The position numbers and the translations under genes are program-made. Shown here one piece after another: positions 13,180 to 26,945 of a stretch of 64,000 nt of DNA. The notes beneath the pieces are model-generated. The model was not told the origin of the DNA. It searched no databases and saw nothing but the letters and a program-made list of their open reading frames with translations. The DNA is taken from positions 57,136,968-57,200,967 of the forward strand of contig NC_068993.1 in assembly GCF_001194135.2 (NCBI RefSeq), given 5' to 3'. Position 1 is the first letter of the stretch. Every line of letters begins with the position of its first letter. The DNA comes from Octopus bimaculoides (lineage: Eukaryota).

Positions 13180-13692
13180 GGTATATATGTATATTACGTA
13201 TATACATTATATACATATATGCATATATATACATTATACATAATATATATATGACATATATACATATATACAGATATATACATACATGTTTACGTTTGTA
13301 TATATATATATGTCCATATGAGTGTGTTTGTGTCTGTGCATGTGTGTGTGTGTGGGTGTGATATGAAATAATAAGTAATAGTTACCTCTAGTTTCATGGT
13401 TAGACTGAAATGACAAATAAATGCTTCCCTTGATAGGCGGCTGGTCATAGCAAAGTAAATTTCCCAAATGACCCGATCGCTATTTTCCAGCAACTCTCCA
13501 TGAACTGGGTAAACATAAAAAAAGCAATGAAACTCCACAGTGTATTCAAGTCTACCAAATATCAGTGGTTAATATGTATAAGAACAAAATCTACCTTGTT
13601 TTTTCTGTCTGTCTGTCTCGCTCGCTCTTCTATAGCTCCACGTCACCTCAACGACTACGGTTCGCCTTCTTCCCCTCTGCCTTTATAACAAG

Positions 13693-14150
<458 letters not shown>

Positions 14151-14829
14151 GACACGTATATGCGCGTGTGTGCATGTATGCATGAATGTACGTACGTATG
14201 TATGTATGCATTGTATAGTTGCTAACGAACGTAGTTTGTACAACTTCAGTTCATTTGGGGGAGATATTTAATCAATGATAGTACATGACAACTGAACGGT
14301 TATTCGGTGTCATGAATTCATGTGAATTCTATGAAGTAAATCTATGTCAATTAAATAAACGAGATGAATGAACATCAAATACAGCTTAAATGATATGTGT
14401 GTATGAATGTATATATACATAATATCGTACACTAACAAATATCCCTTGTGCTCTTTTACATTTTCATTTAGAAATCTGATTGGGAACCCTAGTTAGACGC
14501 TGCCTTAAATAGTTTAACTGTCAAAAGGACGCCAGCATCTTTAGTGTATTTTAAAGTCAGAACCTTGCATTTTCGCTAGCTCTTCTTTTGCAGTTCACGT
14601 TATGGGGACACGTAGAAGTCCAGACATGTCAACTACAAACACGAAATTAAACCAGTACAGATTTAGGTGAAGAAATTTTGCACTAATCTTGTCGAAAAAT
14701 TACTCACACGTTCATTGGATAAGCCGGGATTACAGAAGAGATACCTGTCTGATATATTGGGTAATGGTACTTAATTCTAAAGCACATGGTTGCTATTGGA
14801 ATTCCTTAACATTACAGCCCTACTTACGC

Positions 14830-14830
<1 letters not shown>

Positions 14831-14886
<56 letters not shown>

Positions 14887-14899
14887 CATCTATCCATCC

Positions 14900-14986
<87 letters not shown>
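14831..14986. repeat. (TCTA)n with TCCA variants
   Basis: Seen directly. Confidence 0.95.
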
Positions 14987-14987
<1 letters not shown>

Positions 14988-16339
14988 CAGTGTATGTGTA
15001 CATACGCACACACTCTCTCTATCGCTCTCTCACACACACACACTCTCTCTCTTACACACACACGCATAAAACTTTGTTTTTAAAAGAAATTATATATAAA
15101 ATAATTTAACATTAAACTGAAAGGGAACACAATACATTCTTAATACAGTTCAAAATGTATTATTCTTAACCTGGAAAATATTAACGGTGAATTTCATCAT
15201 TTAAGATCGATAAATATTTTACCAGACCCGATAAATATTTTACCAGAAATGTCTAGGCATCGGACGAGATGCGATGTCCCATCTTTTTCAGCTTTCAATG
15301 TTTTGACAAAATGCTTGTAACGACTGCTTCGTTACTGGACCTTTATATGCTGGAAAATTGCAACCTTTTATTACTATATCTTCTCTTTCAAGAGGCAATT
15401 TCTAAGTGTTTATTCATGGTCCTAAGAGACATGCTAGGACCCGCATCAAGTAGTCGCGTATTTTGGAACAATAAAAGTGGGGAACAGAAATGTATTTAAA
15501 CAAAAAAAAAAGAAAACAACAACTTTTTCTGGTTCCCAAAGTAATTTATCAGAGAAATTTATTGTGCAAAACTGTAAACAAATCAACACAAATTTCGAAT
15601 CAACAACCAAATGTCTTTTCTGAAACATTAGTGGGGTTAATTTACTTGTCTAAGTGTAGCAACCGAATGTCTATAATTGAATACGTCAACATACAACATT
15701 TTGTTTTTGGTATTATGACCAACAGAAGAAGTATATATNNNNNNNNNNNNNNNNNNNNNNNNNNNNNNNNNNNNNNNNNNNNNNNNNNNNNNNNNNNNNN
15801 NNNNNNNNNNNNNNNNNNNNNNNNNNNNNNNNNNNNNNNNNNNNNNNNNNNNNNNNNNNNNNNNNNNNNNNNNNNNNNNNNNNNNNNNNNNNNNNNNNNN
15901 NGTGTCCTAATAATATTGAAATAGAAATACACAGGAAAAAAATAATAAAAAAACCTCAGGCAAATAAGAAGAAAAAAGTATAAAAACAAAGTCCCTCTAA
16001 ATACGCAAAATACAGAAACATTATTAAAGTTTTCTATAATTATGACCGTACGATCTAAAAAGCTGAGAGCATAATAATGTTTTCGAATAATTCAACGAAG
16101 CGCGAACCGAGTCAAATGTTTGATCAAAGTTAATGATGGTGTTTTCTTTATATTCATTTCGTCATTCTTCTTTCTTCCTTTCCTTTTTTTCTTTTTACTT
16201 GATGTTTACCATTGTCATGCGGTTCGTTGAATTCGTAAATTACATTAGCTTAGAGGAAACAAACGTATTATACTATATACATACATATGTAACATATAAA
16301 TAGACACACACACTTGTGGGTATATATGTATGAGTGTGT

Positions 16340-16560
<221 letters not shown>

Positions 16561-16972
16561 TCTATATTCATTTAGAAGCCGCTGAGCTTGATTACCCAGA
16601 AGACTAGCTATTATCGTTATTATCATTATTATTGCCATTAATACTACTACTACTACTACTACAATTGCTACTGCTATTAATGATAATAATAACAACTGTA
16701 TAATTGCGCGCATTACGGCGTAGAAACGAACTATTGAAGCTTTCTCGAAATAGGATTATAAATTTCAATGTAGATGTGCAGACGTTGACGATATCGATTT
16801 GAAGTTTTCCAATATTTGGTGACGCCAGGTTCTACTAATGATTCTATTGTAATCATTACGGCTTCTGTTGTGCTTATTTCTCGTTTCGGGGCGGCGTTGG
16901 GTTGGTACTCACTGAGATATGCGGGGTAACTGCAGTGGTGGAAGTTGCAATGGCTGTTTGGCCATACCATAA

Positions 16973-18023
16973 CTGCTGCTGCTACCGACACTCCTGTCGT
17001 GGCTTCTACTGATAATTTCTTTGCTGCTACTGATACTCCTGCTGGTGCTGCTGATATTCTTGCTGCTTCCACTGGTACTCCTGCTGCTGCTACCGACACT
17101 CCTGCCACTGCTGCTACTTATAATTTCGGTGCTGCTACTGATACTCCTGCTGTTGCTACTACTGATACTCCTCCTGCTGCTACTGATACTCCTGTTGCTA
17201 CAACTACTGATACTCCTCCTGCTGCCACTGATAGTCCTCCTGCTGCTAGTGATACTCCTCCTGCTGCCACTGATAGTCCTCCTGCTACTACTGATACTCC
17301 TCCTGCTGCTACTGATACTCCTGCTGTTGCTACTACTGATACTCCTCCTGCTGCTACTGATACTCCTGTTGCTGCTACTATTGATACTCCTTCTGCTGCT
17401 ACTGCTACTCCTGTTGCTGCTACTACTGATACTCCTCCTGCTGCCACTGATACTCCTCCTGCTGCCACTGATAGTCCTCCTGCTGCTAGTGATACTCCTC
17501 CTGCTGCCACTGATAGTCCTCCTGCTACTACTGATACTCCTCCTGCTGCTACTGATACTCCTGCTGTTGCTACTACTGATACTCCTCCTGCTGCTACTGA
17601 TACTCCTGTTGCTGCTACTATTGATACTCCTTCTGCTGCTACTGATACTCCTGTTGCTGCAACTACTGATACTCCTCCTGCTGCCACTGATACTCCTCCT
17701 GCTGCCACTGATAGTCCTCCTGCTACTACTGATACTCCTCCTGCTGCCACTGATACTCCTCTTGCTGCTACTGATACTCCTCCTGCTGCTACTGATACTC
17801 CTGCTGTTGCTACTACTATACTCCTCCTGCTGCTACTGATACTCCTCTTGCTGCTACTGATACACCTCCTGCTGCTACTGATACTCCTGCTGTTGCTGCT
17901 ACTGATACTCCTTCTGCTGCTACTGATACTCCTGCTGTTGCTACTACTATACTCCTCCTGCTGCTACTGATACTCCTGTTGCTGCTACTACTGATATGAC
18001 ACTCCTACTGCCGCTACTGACCT
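16973..18023. repeat. 21/24-nt minisatellite (GCTGCTACTGATACTCCTCCT-type) with a 240-bp higher-order duplication
   Basis: 17221-17460 and 17461-17700 are identical at 238/240. + frame reads (AATDTPP)n-like; coding status unknown. Confidence 0.9.
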
Positions 18024-18045
18024 CGTATAAACATCTGAAACTGTT

Positions 18046-18250
18046 GAAAGGTGCGAGCTGGCAGAATCATTACTGCACCGAACAAAATGGTTGACGTTCT
18101 GAGTTCAAATTCCGCTGGGTTCGACTTTGCTATTCATTCTTTCGTGCTAGGTAAATGAAGTACAATTTGAGCAATCGAGGCGATGCAATCGCCTATCTTC
18201 TTCCCTAACGTTTCAGGTTTTGTCGCAATCGTACAGTACAAATGATTATT
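18046..18250 (+). mobile_element. SINE family B
   Basis: gaaaggtgcgagctggcagaatc...ttctgagttcaaattccgc...ttcgactttgc. Confidence 0.8.
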
Positions 18251-18264
18251 ATTATCACTTTTAG

Positions 18265-18480
18265 GGCTGTAGACTGGCAAAATCATTTAAGGGTTCGGCA
18301 AAATGACTTGGGCTATTAGGTCCTACTTTTATCCAATAAAATCAAATTCCGCAGGCATCAATTTTGCTTTTAATCTTTTCAATGAAATAAAATAGCTACC
18401 AGGTAATGGCGCTGATGAAATCGATTACTGACCACTTCCTCAAAACTTCTTGTCAGGTGCCTTATATAAAAAAACAATTC
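18265..18480 (+). mobile_element. SINE family B, strongly decayed
   Basis: gactggcaaaatc...caaattccgc...ttttgcttttaatctttt...aaaatagctaccag. Confidence 0.5.
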
Positions 18481-19145
18481 TTCTTCTTCTTCTTCTTCTT
18501 CTTCTTCTTCTTTGTTGACGTACCAAACGTATTTTTATATTCCTCACTATAAGAAGAAAAGGATTTTACCAGATGAAACACACTCGATGAATAGATATAT
18601 TTTTTTCTTTTACCAAAAATGCCAGCATATAGACACCTTCATATAATTTACAGTCGCCCCTTACAAGAGGAGACAAAAGAGGGAGTAAGAGTTTTTCTTA
18701 AGGAAATTTTATTTTCCCCTTACATTATCGACAAAACGTGTCGACGAACATTTCATGCTACGACTCCAAATATAAAACCACAACTGTACACAGTTAAAAA
18801 AAAAGAACAAAAAAGAAAACGTGATGCCTGCTGAATAAACTCAGCGATCGAGCTGTTGGTAAAATCCTTTGTTAAGGTTAAGCTTTAACGCCTAAGAAGT
18901 GCTGTAGTGCAGCCGGGAGTCTAAAGTGCCGTTTCTCTCTCACAACCCAAAGCGCAAGGCTGAAGTCGATCCCCAACCAATGGTAGAAGAAGACTCGAAG
19001 AGTCGAAGACTGGAGTCTTTAGGAGACGAACACCTTAACCACATCACTGTATCTGTGATTAGCGGAGCAGATAAATACTGACAACGTTAAGTGTTAAAAC
19101 GATTTAACAGCATGATATAAGGAAATGCATAGATACATACACAGA

Positions 19146-19220
<75 letters not shown>

Positions 19221-19337
19221 NNNNNNNNNNNNNNNNNNNNNNNNNNNNNNNNNNNNNNNNNNNNNNNNNNNNNNNNNNNNNNNNNNNNNNNNNNNNNNNN
19301 NNNNNNNNNNNNNNNNNNNNNNNNNNNNNNNNNNNNN

Positions 19338-19394
<57 letters not shown>
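19146..19394. repeat. (GA)n microsatellite spanning an N-gap
   Basis: Seen directly; gap at 19221-19337. Confidence 0.95.
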
Positions 19395-19397
<3 letters not shown>

Positions 19398-19809
19398 AAT
19401 ACATATCCACTAACACCATGAATATATATATATATAAATAGTTTTAAGCAGGTGTGTGTGTAATCGTGCTTGTATGTGGCTGTCTAATATATGTATGTAT
19501 GTATGTATGTATGTATCCACATATGTATATATTAGCAGTCAGAGATATCTATCATCTTAAGTAAATATGGGGTAGGCTTAGAAGAGGGCGGAATTGCCAT
19601 ATGTGTCAATAGAATGTTTAAATGTTTAAATACGATCATGTCACATTTTGCGTTATCTGACAACTTGTAGGAGAGGCCGCTCATGAAATGATAAAGCAAT
19701 CTTTACTTTAAACACACATGATTCCTCTCTCTCTCTCACTTTACTTATATGTTTGTATAAATATGTGTGTATATATAAATATATATGTATATATATGTAT
19801 ATATATGCA

Positions 19810-19851
<42 letters not shown>

Positions 19852-20086
19852 TATGTTTGTATAAATGTATATATTTATTTGATTATTTATACATTCTTAA
19901 TATGTAAAAACAAGCAGCATTAATTCAAATAGGACATAATACACGTTGTCGAGTGTAATATTTATTTCTTTTTCAACTTATATTTTCCTGGAATTTCGAA
20001 ATATTGACGACAAAGCTTATTCGACAGACATTTTTGAGTTATAGCAAAATCTGTGTCTGTGTGGGCACATCTGTCTNNNNNNNNNN

Positions 20087-20131
<45 letters not shown>

Positions 20132-23100
20132 CAATTTGAGTAAAATGTAAGCAACGTTCTGAATCATGAAGAATTTGTACCGGATTTTTGCAGTGTTTTG
20201 AATATTTTTTAAACATTTTTTAATGCAATTGTCTGATAATACAGACATAAACTTGCATAAGTGCAACAATAAAGTAACATGATATTTTTCACCGTTTTTA
20301 CAACCATCTGTGACTGAGTCAATTGTGAATTTTGTTTGTGCGAAAGGTTAGTCAACATCCATTGACAAGGCTGCAAAAGCAACAAACATTTTTGAAGAAT
20401 AAATATAAATAATAAATGAGTGGAAATCAACCGGTGAGTATGTTAGATAATAAGGCATTAAGACAAAATGCCTCTCCCCAGACACAACACACACTATATA
20501 TATATATATATATATGCGTGTGTGTGTGGTGTGTGTATTTGTGCGTGTGTGTATGTATATATGTGTGTGATTTAGTAATTTATTACTTTTATTAAATGCA
20601 CGACCATATTCTATTTCGATGATCTTATTGTTCTTCGTATTTCCACAAAATTCTTCCACTCTTCTTTTGCTGCAATAAAGTTCCCAACTCGATAAACAAC
20701 TTTTCACGATGTTCTCAGAATCACAATCAGAATATGAAACATATTCGCCCTCATACTTGGACTTTACTGCTGTCACGTTTCAATATATTTGATGTATCCT
20801 TTGTTTCTGTTAGTAATGTATTACGATATGAGTTCTGCTTCCATGAATAACCGCCAGCTTTTTGACGATTATTACATAGTACAGAGGAATTCTCCACTAG
20901 TAATTTCCTATCGAAATTATTATATGATGGTGATATAGTATGTTGTGATTGTTCTTTATTGTAAATGCATGGTGAACCTACGAGAGTGTGTTGAACCATT
21001 GCTGCCAATATAACTGCTTGGGTCATGAAATTTACGACTTTCAGTTTACAATAAAATTTTTTGATCAGATTGGTCATTCCTAGTTTTTTCATGTGTACAT
21101 TTGCTTGTTGATTTCTGGTTTTGGCGATTTTGGGATATAGTCATATTAGTTATCGTTTGTTATAAAGTATATCGTTTTTTTACATTATGAAGATTTTGAT
21201 TATGAGTTCGTTCATTGTACATTTGTTATGCATTTGATATAAATGGTGGATTTCATATTTCATGCAATGAAAATTTGCGTGGTAAAGCCTGCAGTAATCA
21301 AACTACAACAAATGAAGATTTACAGAACACTGCTGACCTCAAATGCTAACGGTCAAAATTTTTGTACGAAAGGCTCCATACATTCCACTACTATAAAAGA
21401 GACAATATATACGACAAATATATTCCATACGTCCACAATCAAACTGTGAAAATTTAGATAACGTTGTTTAGAAGATTTATTTCTCCAAACAAACTACACG
21501 ATTCTTATTTGGAAATATGAAAACATAATAATGATAACACTGGAAGACATTCGGGTTTTTTTTAAGCATGAATAAAAGAAAATTTCCCAAATACACTAAT
21601 GTGTGTGTGTGTGTGTGTGTGTGTGTGTNNNNNNNNNNNNNNNNNNNNNNNNNNNNNNNNNNNNNNNNNNNNNNNNNNNNNNNNNNNNNNNNNNNNNNNN
21701 NNNNNNNNNNNNNNNNNNNNNNNNNNNNNNNNNNNNNNNNNNNNNNNNNNNNNNNNNNNNNNNNNNNNNNNNNNNNNNNNNNNNNNNNNNNNNNNNNNNN
21801 NNNNNNNNNNNNNNNNNNNNNNNNNNNNNNNNNNNNNNNNNNNNNNNNNNNNNNNNNNNNNNNNNNNNNNNNNNNNNNNNNNNNNNNNNNNNNNNNNNNN
21901 NNNNNNNNNNNNNNNNNNNNNNNNNNNNNNNNNNNNNNNNNNNNNNNNNNNNNNNNNNNNNNNNNNNNNNNNNNNNNNNNNNNNNNNNNNNNNNNNNNNN
22001 NNNTATGTATGTATGCATGTGTGTATATATCTATATCTGTCTCTCTATTTATCTATTCGTATATCTCTATATACAAAACACACGCACGAACATACACATT
22101 AAGGTATGTTGAGTTATCATTGCTTTCTTTCTCTCTTCCAGCTGCGCTATTTATGTGCAAGCTCTTTCTCTTTTGTTAGTGAGAACTTGAGTGTGTTCGT
22201 ATAGGTGGGTGATATATTGTCAGTGTATATACATATATTTAATTAGGCATGTATTGTTCCCTGCAGAAGTGATATTCTTAAATACGTTTCCATGTGTTCA
22301 AATATATAAGTCCTGCTTAATTGTCCTGTCTATTTCTAAATAGATGACCCGATATTTTTATAAGATAGTGGCAGGCAAATTGGCACTTTATGTTATCAAA
22401 ACACACATACACGCACGCACACACACACACACACACACATACACAGGCACACACAGACACATATATGCACAAATACACAATGAAAAAGACAAACTCAAAC
22501 ACGCACACATACAATGAAAATCTAACTCATACTCACAAAAACATATTAACACATATATGAGCGCTCGTCCATCCTTTACGTATTTCTCTAAATCAGTTTG
22601 TATATATGTATGCATGATTATATATGCGCGTTGGTGTGTACGCGCGTTGGTGTGTCCTGTGCTTGTCGTTATTTATATGTGTATATATATATATATATAC
22701 ATGTGTACACTGACACACACATACACACACACTCACATATGCATACATACATACATATGTCTATATACACATACATGCATCCATATGTAAATATATATAT
22801 ATGAGTATACATATTTATATGCATGTGTACGTGTATATATATATATATATATATATAATAGTGCTTATTTAAAGAGAAATGATTAACCGTTAATATCAGC
22901 GTTCAGTCACGATCCAAAATATATGCCAACAGAACGAAATTCCTCAGTCTTACCTACGATGTTTAAGTCTCTGTACGAAATTGTTATATTGTTTAACGCA
23001 ATTTTTGATACTACCACAAAAAAAAAAAAACTCGATATTTTTGTTAGTCGCTTCCCAAGTGAATACCACCAGAGAGCAAAAGTTGTCACTGTAAACCGAG

Positions 23101-23517
23101 ATTGTGGTTAAATTCACTTGAAACACCAGTATACTTCATGAGGTGACAAAAATTTCATTGCATATCAGTGACCTTACTGCTGGCACATTTCTATTGCAAT
23201 TCTCAATGACAAAGTCACAGCGGTGCTACAGACATTCTGAGAGTTCCTGTATTGAATAGATTGTAACCTACACATTAAAAGATGGAGAATTCCATGTGTT
23301 TATCTGCCTATAATATGTAATATGAGATGAAACAAATGGAAATACTATCTAATCTGACCAATACATTTATCCTTGCTATGTTGCGCTTTTCTCATTCTCC
23401 CTATCTTTTTGCTCATTTTCTATATACCTATATGTATATATGGTTAAGTCCATATATATTTACACAAACTCACGCACTCACACATACATACATATATGTA
23501 TATGGTATTATATGCAA

Positions 23518-23590
<73 letters not shown>

Positions 23591-25002
23591 NNNNNNNNNN
23601 NNNNNNNNNNNNNNNNNNNNNNNNNNNNNNNNNNNNNNNNNNNNNNNNNNNNNNNNNNNNNNNNNNNNNNNNNNNNNNNNNNNNNNNNNNNNNNNNNNNN
23701 NNNNNNNNNNNNNNNNNNNNNNNNNNNNNNNNNNNNNNNNNNNNNNNNNNNNNNNNNNNNNNNNNNNNNNNNNNNNNNNNNNNNNNNNNNNNNNNNNNNN
23801 NNNNNNNNNNNNNNNNNNNNNNNNNNNNNNNNNNNNNNNNNNNNNNNNNNNNNNNNNNNNNNNNNNNNNNNNNNNNNNNNNNNNNNNNNNNNNNNNNNNN
23901 NNNNNNNNNNNNNNNNNNNNNNNNNNNNNNNNNNNNNNNNNNNNNNNNNNNNNNNNNNNNNNNNNNNNNNNNNNNNNNNNNNNNNNNNNNNNNNNNNNNN
24001 NNNNNNNNNNNNNNNNNNNNNNNNNNNNNNNNNNNNNNNNNNNNNNNNNNNNNTATATATCTTGTGTTATCTAGACGTTTATAAAAACTGGAATTTCCCA
24101 TATCCGTAAAACTGACGATTTTCGTGTCACTTGATATTATTATCAAGATACTCGGCTCTTAGAATGATGTATATTGTTTGTGTTTTCGTTGCGTATTTTA
24201 TTATTTTTGCTACAATCACTTCACTTCTTTTTCTGTGGATAAGTAAATGAGTGTTGCTGTAGATATTTATATCTATAAAGACATATATAAATATGTACAT
24301 AACGTGTATAAATACACATGCATATACATATATGTCTATAAATTCATACAGACATATATGCATGCTTGTATATGTGTGTGTTTGTATTGTGTGTGTTTAT
24401 ATATTCATAATTATTGATAATAGTTTCTGGGCTGAGGGTGGTGTGAAACGGTAAAACATTTTGAATTATTATCGCTTTTCCAACATGTCAGATTAGCGTT
24501 GTGTCCCACTTCCTGTTTCACCCTGGCTAATCACTCATATATTGTTATTTTTACTTCTACGATAATCACCTCTCTAAAGTTTGGTGCGTATGAACTTACA
24601 ATATATAACAACCATCACACCTCCGCGTTAACTTCTTCTACTAAGAGTTTCCTTCAATTGTATGTTAATAGATTTGGTAGAGAAAAACAAAAACAATATT
24701 TTTTTTTAATGTATTTATTCTCAGAAACCGAGATCATTGAGTAGGAAAGAATTCAGCTCTTTTAACAAACTGTTGTCACCCAGACACACAACGATATCAG
24801 AAACGGGGGGAATATAGCTTCAGTGATTAGATATATCTTGGCCACAAAGGGTGGGGCATGACTATGTGGTTTAGGTTCAATCTTAATGCAGAACATCATA
24901 TGACTTCGAGAGTCCCGGTTCAATAATAACATCTTTTAGACTGAAACTGATTAAGCTTTGAGACAAGCATGTGACTACTGGCAGGATCAACCAGGTATCG
25001 TC

Positions 25003-25255
25003 ATCGTCGTCTTTTGCCGAACTGCTAAGGTACGGGGACGTAAACACACCAGCATCGGTTGTCAAGCGATGTTGAGGGGACAAACACAGACACGCAAACA
25101 TACACACACACACGCTTATAAAGGTTCTAGGCTTATAATGGTTCTAGGCTTATAAAGAATAAGTCCTGGGGTCGATTTGCTCGACGAAAGGCGGTGCTGC
25201 AGCATGGACACAGTCAAATGACTGAAATAAGTAAAAGAGTAAAAGAGTAAAGAGT
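25003..25255 (+). mobile_element. SINE family C copy with an inverted 5' part
   Basis: 25003-25113 is in minus orientation and 25144-25255 in plus orientation with a (GAGTAAAA)n tail, relative to the colinear copy at 7190-7364. Confidence 0.8.
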
Positions 25256-26088
25256 CATTTTAAGCATCTGACACCTACTTTTGCCCACGCCTGCATGTAA
25301 ATTAGAGAAAAGCACAAAATAAGAACAATGCGGTATAATCTCCCCATTTTATTTACTGTTGTAACACTAATTATTGAAATATTTGTAAATCTTTTACGGT
25401 TCCATTTGGTGATATTCTTAACAATTTAGTACAAAGTACGTAACATCGTTAAAGAAGAAAATTACAATAAATATCAGTTATTCCGACACGAATAATGGAA
25501 ACGTTCTAAGAGTCAAATCTGAAATTGCAATTTAACGTTTCTTCCTTCTGTCAATGCTGAATAAAACAAGAGTTTACTTACTTCACTAATTTCAACTCAC
25601 CTTCATTAATATTTTAGCGTATCAACGTTTGACTGTAAATTACAAATAAATGATGGTGACTTTTGAGTAATCTCCCCTTATAGATCATTCCCGTATTAAA
25701 TACATTATTGCAAGTCATTATTTTTCAGAAACATTTATGCGGTGATTTACTAAGTCATACTTCTTTATAAACAATCTATTTATTGATCGTTTATAGAGAA
25801 GCTTGAATGACGAGTTTTCTTCTCATATCCACCGATAGATCTCATACTCACTCACATCAGTTTAGCTTTATCAATAATGACCAATGTTTACCGTTTTAAA
25901 TATTTAAACGGTGCTTATAACTATATAGAAATAAATCATAATGATTCACTTCACAAGTAAATACGCATATATTTCTTTATCTTTATATTTGCTGAATTAA
26001 TTAAAGACTGATGAAATTCCGAATTATAATGTGACATTTTAATCTGTAGCTAATAGACGCACCCCCCCCCCACACACAAAGACAGACA

Positions 26089-26126
<38 letters not shown>

Positions 26127-26174
26127 GTTATACAGAGTGAAGCACTGCCACATAAACAAACACATACATAGATT

Positions 26175-26445
26175 TTTTTGAGGGTGGAAAATAAAGTGGT
26201 TTTGTCATGTAAGTCGAACACAATGACATCCTAACTATGACGAATATGGTCATGCACAATGGAAGCACCAGTAAAAGAGTGAATAGGAAAACTATGAAGC
26301 AGCGTTTGAACAACGTCAAAAATAGACAGGAAAGAAGAAAAGCGAAATGAAAAATGAGGTTGGCTGATGACCAGGAATAACGGAGGGAAAAGCGTGCGTT
26401 CGTCGGTGTGCAACTATGACCTCTTTAGGAATTGAAATTTGATTG
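26175..26445 (+). mobile_element. Decayed RTE-like LINE 3' end
   Basis: KIKWFCHVSRT resembles the RTE LxWFGHVxR motif; a shifted frame gives KRVNRKTMKQRLNNVK (cf. RxRGRPRKxWLDNIK). Stops and frameshifts. Confidence 0.45.
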
Positions 26446-26804
26446 ATTGCTATTTAAGTACACATACACGCACACATACACTGAGAGATATACTCACACA
26501 TACGTATACACACACACGCACGCACGCACGCACCTACATATGGTTCTTTATATTTTGTCTATACTTATCAGCTAAAGGTGTAAACGATGACACATTGTTT
26601 TCGAGAGAAAATAGTCTGTAGCAGTCGTTACGTCCGAGAATCAAACTGTTCCTATGCTTCTCCAGCCTGCGTAGGACACAGCAAACCAGTGATTAATAGC
26701 ATTAGTCATAAAATGCTATACGTAAGAAAATAAAAATTATATTCCAAAATAAATAAATAACTCAAATGAGTCAACGTAGAAGCCTCTATATATTTCAATT
26801 TATT

Positions 26805-26945
26805 ATTTTTTGCCACAAGGGCAGGGGAAAGGAAAGGGTGAAAGTAAAAGTCGACCTCGACGGAATTTTAACTCAGAACATAGCGACGGGCGGAATACTC
26901 TAAGAATTTTGCCCAATACGCTAACGATTCTGCCAGCTCTGTGCA
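26805..26945 (-). mobile_element. SINE family B with internal deletion
   Basis: aaagtcgacctcgacggaattttaactcagaac...gctaacgattctgccagctc. Confidence 0.75.

Noticed and set aside
15208-15247. 19-bp tandem duplication (also small ones at 9001, 11672, 60180)
   Set aside because: Ordinary slippage duplications with no further structure.
17021-17970. Poly-Leu/Ile frames and the VAAGGVS frame of the minisatellite
   Set aside because: Alternative readings of the same repeat; the poly-Leu tail of ORF 16945-17970 follows a 1-nt deletion, and the VAAGG frame has a stop at 17118.
18860-19085. Possible promoter (CCAAT and GATA-like words, higher GC)
   Set aside because: Short motifs are expected by chance; no TSS or downstream exon evidence.
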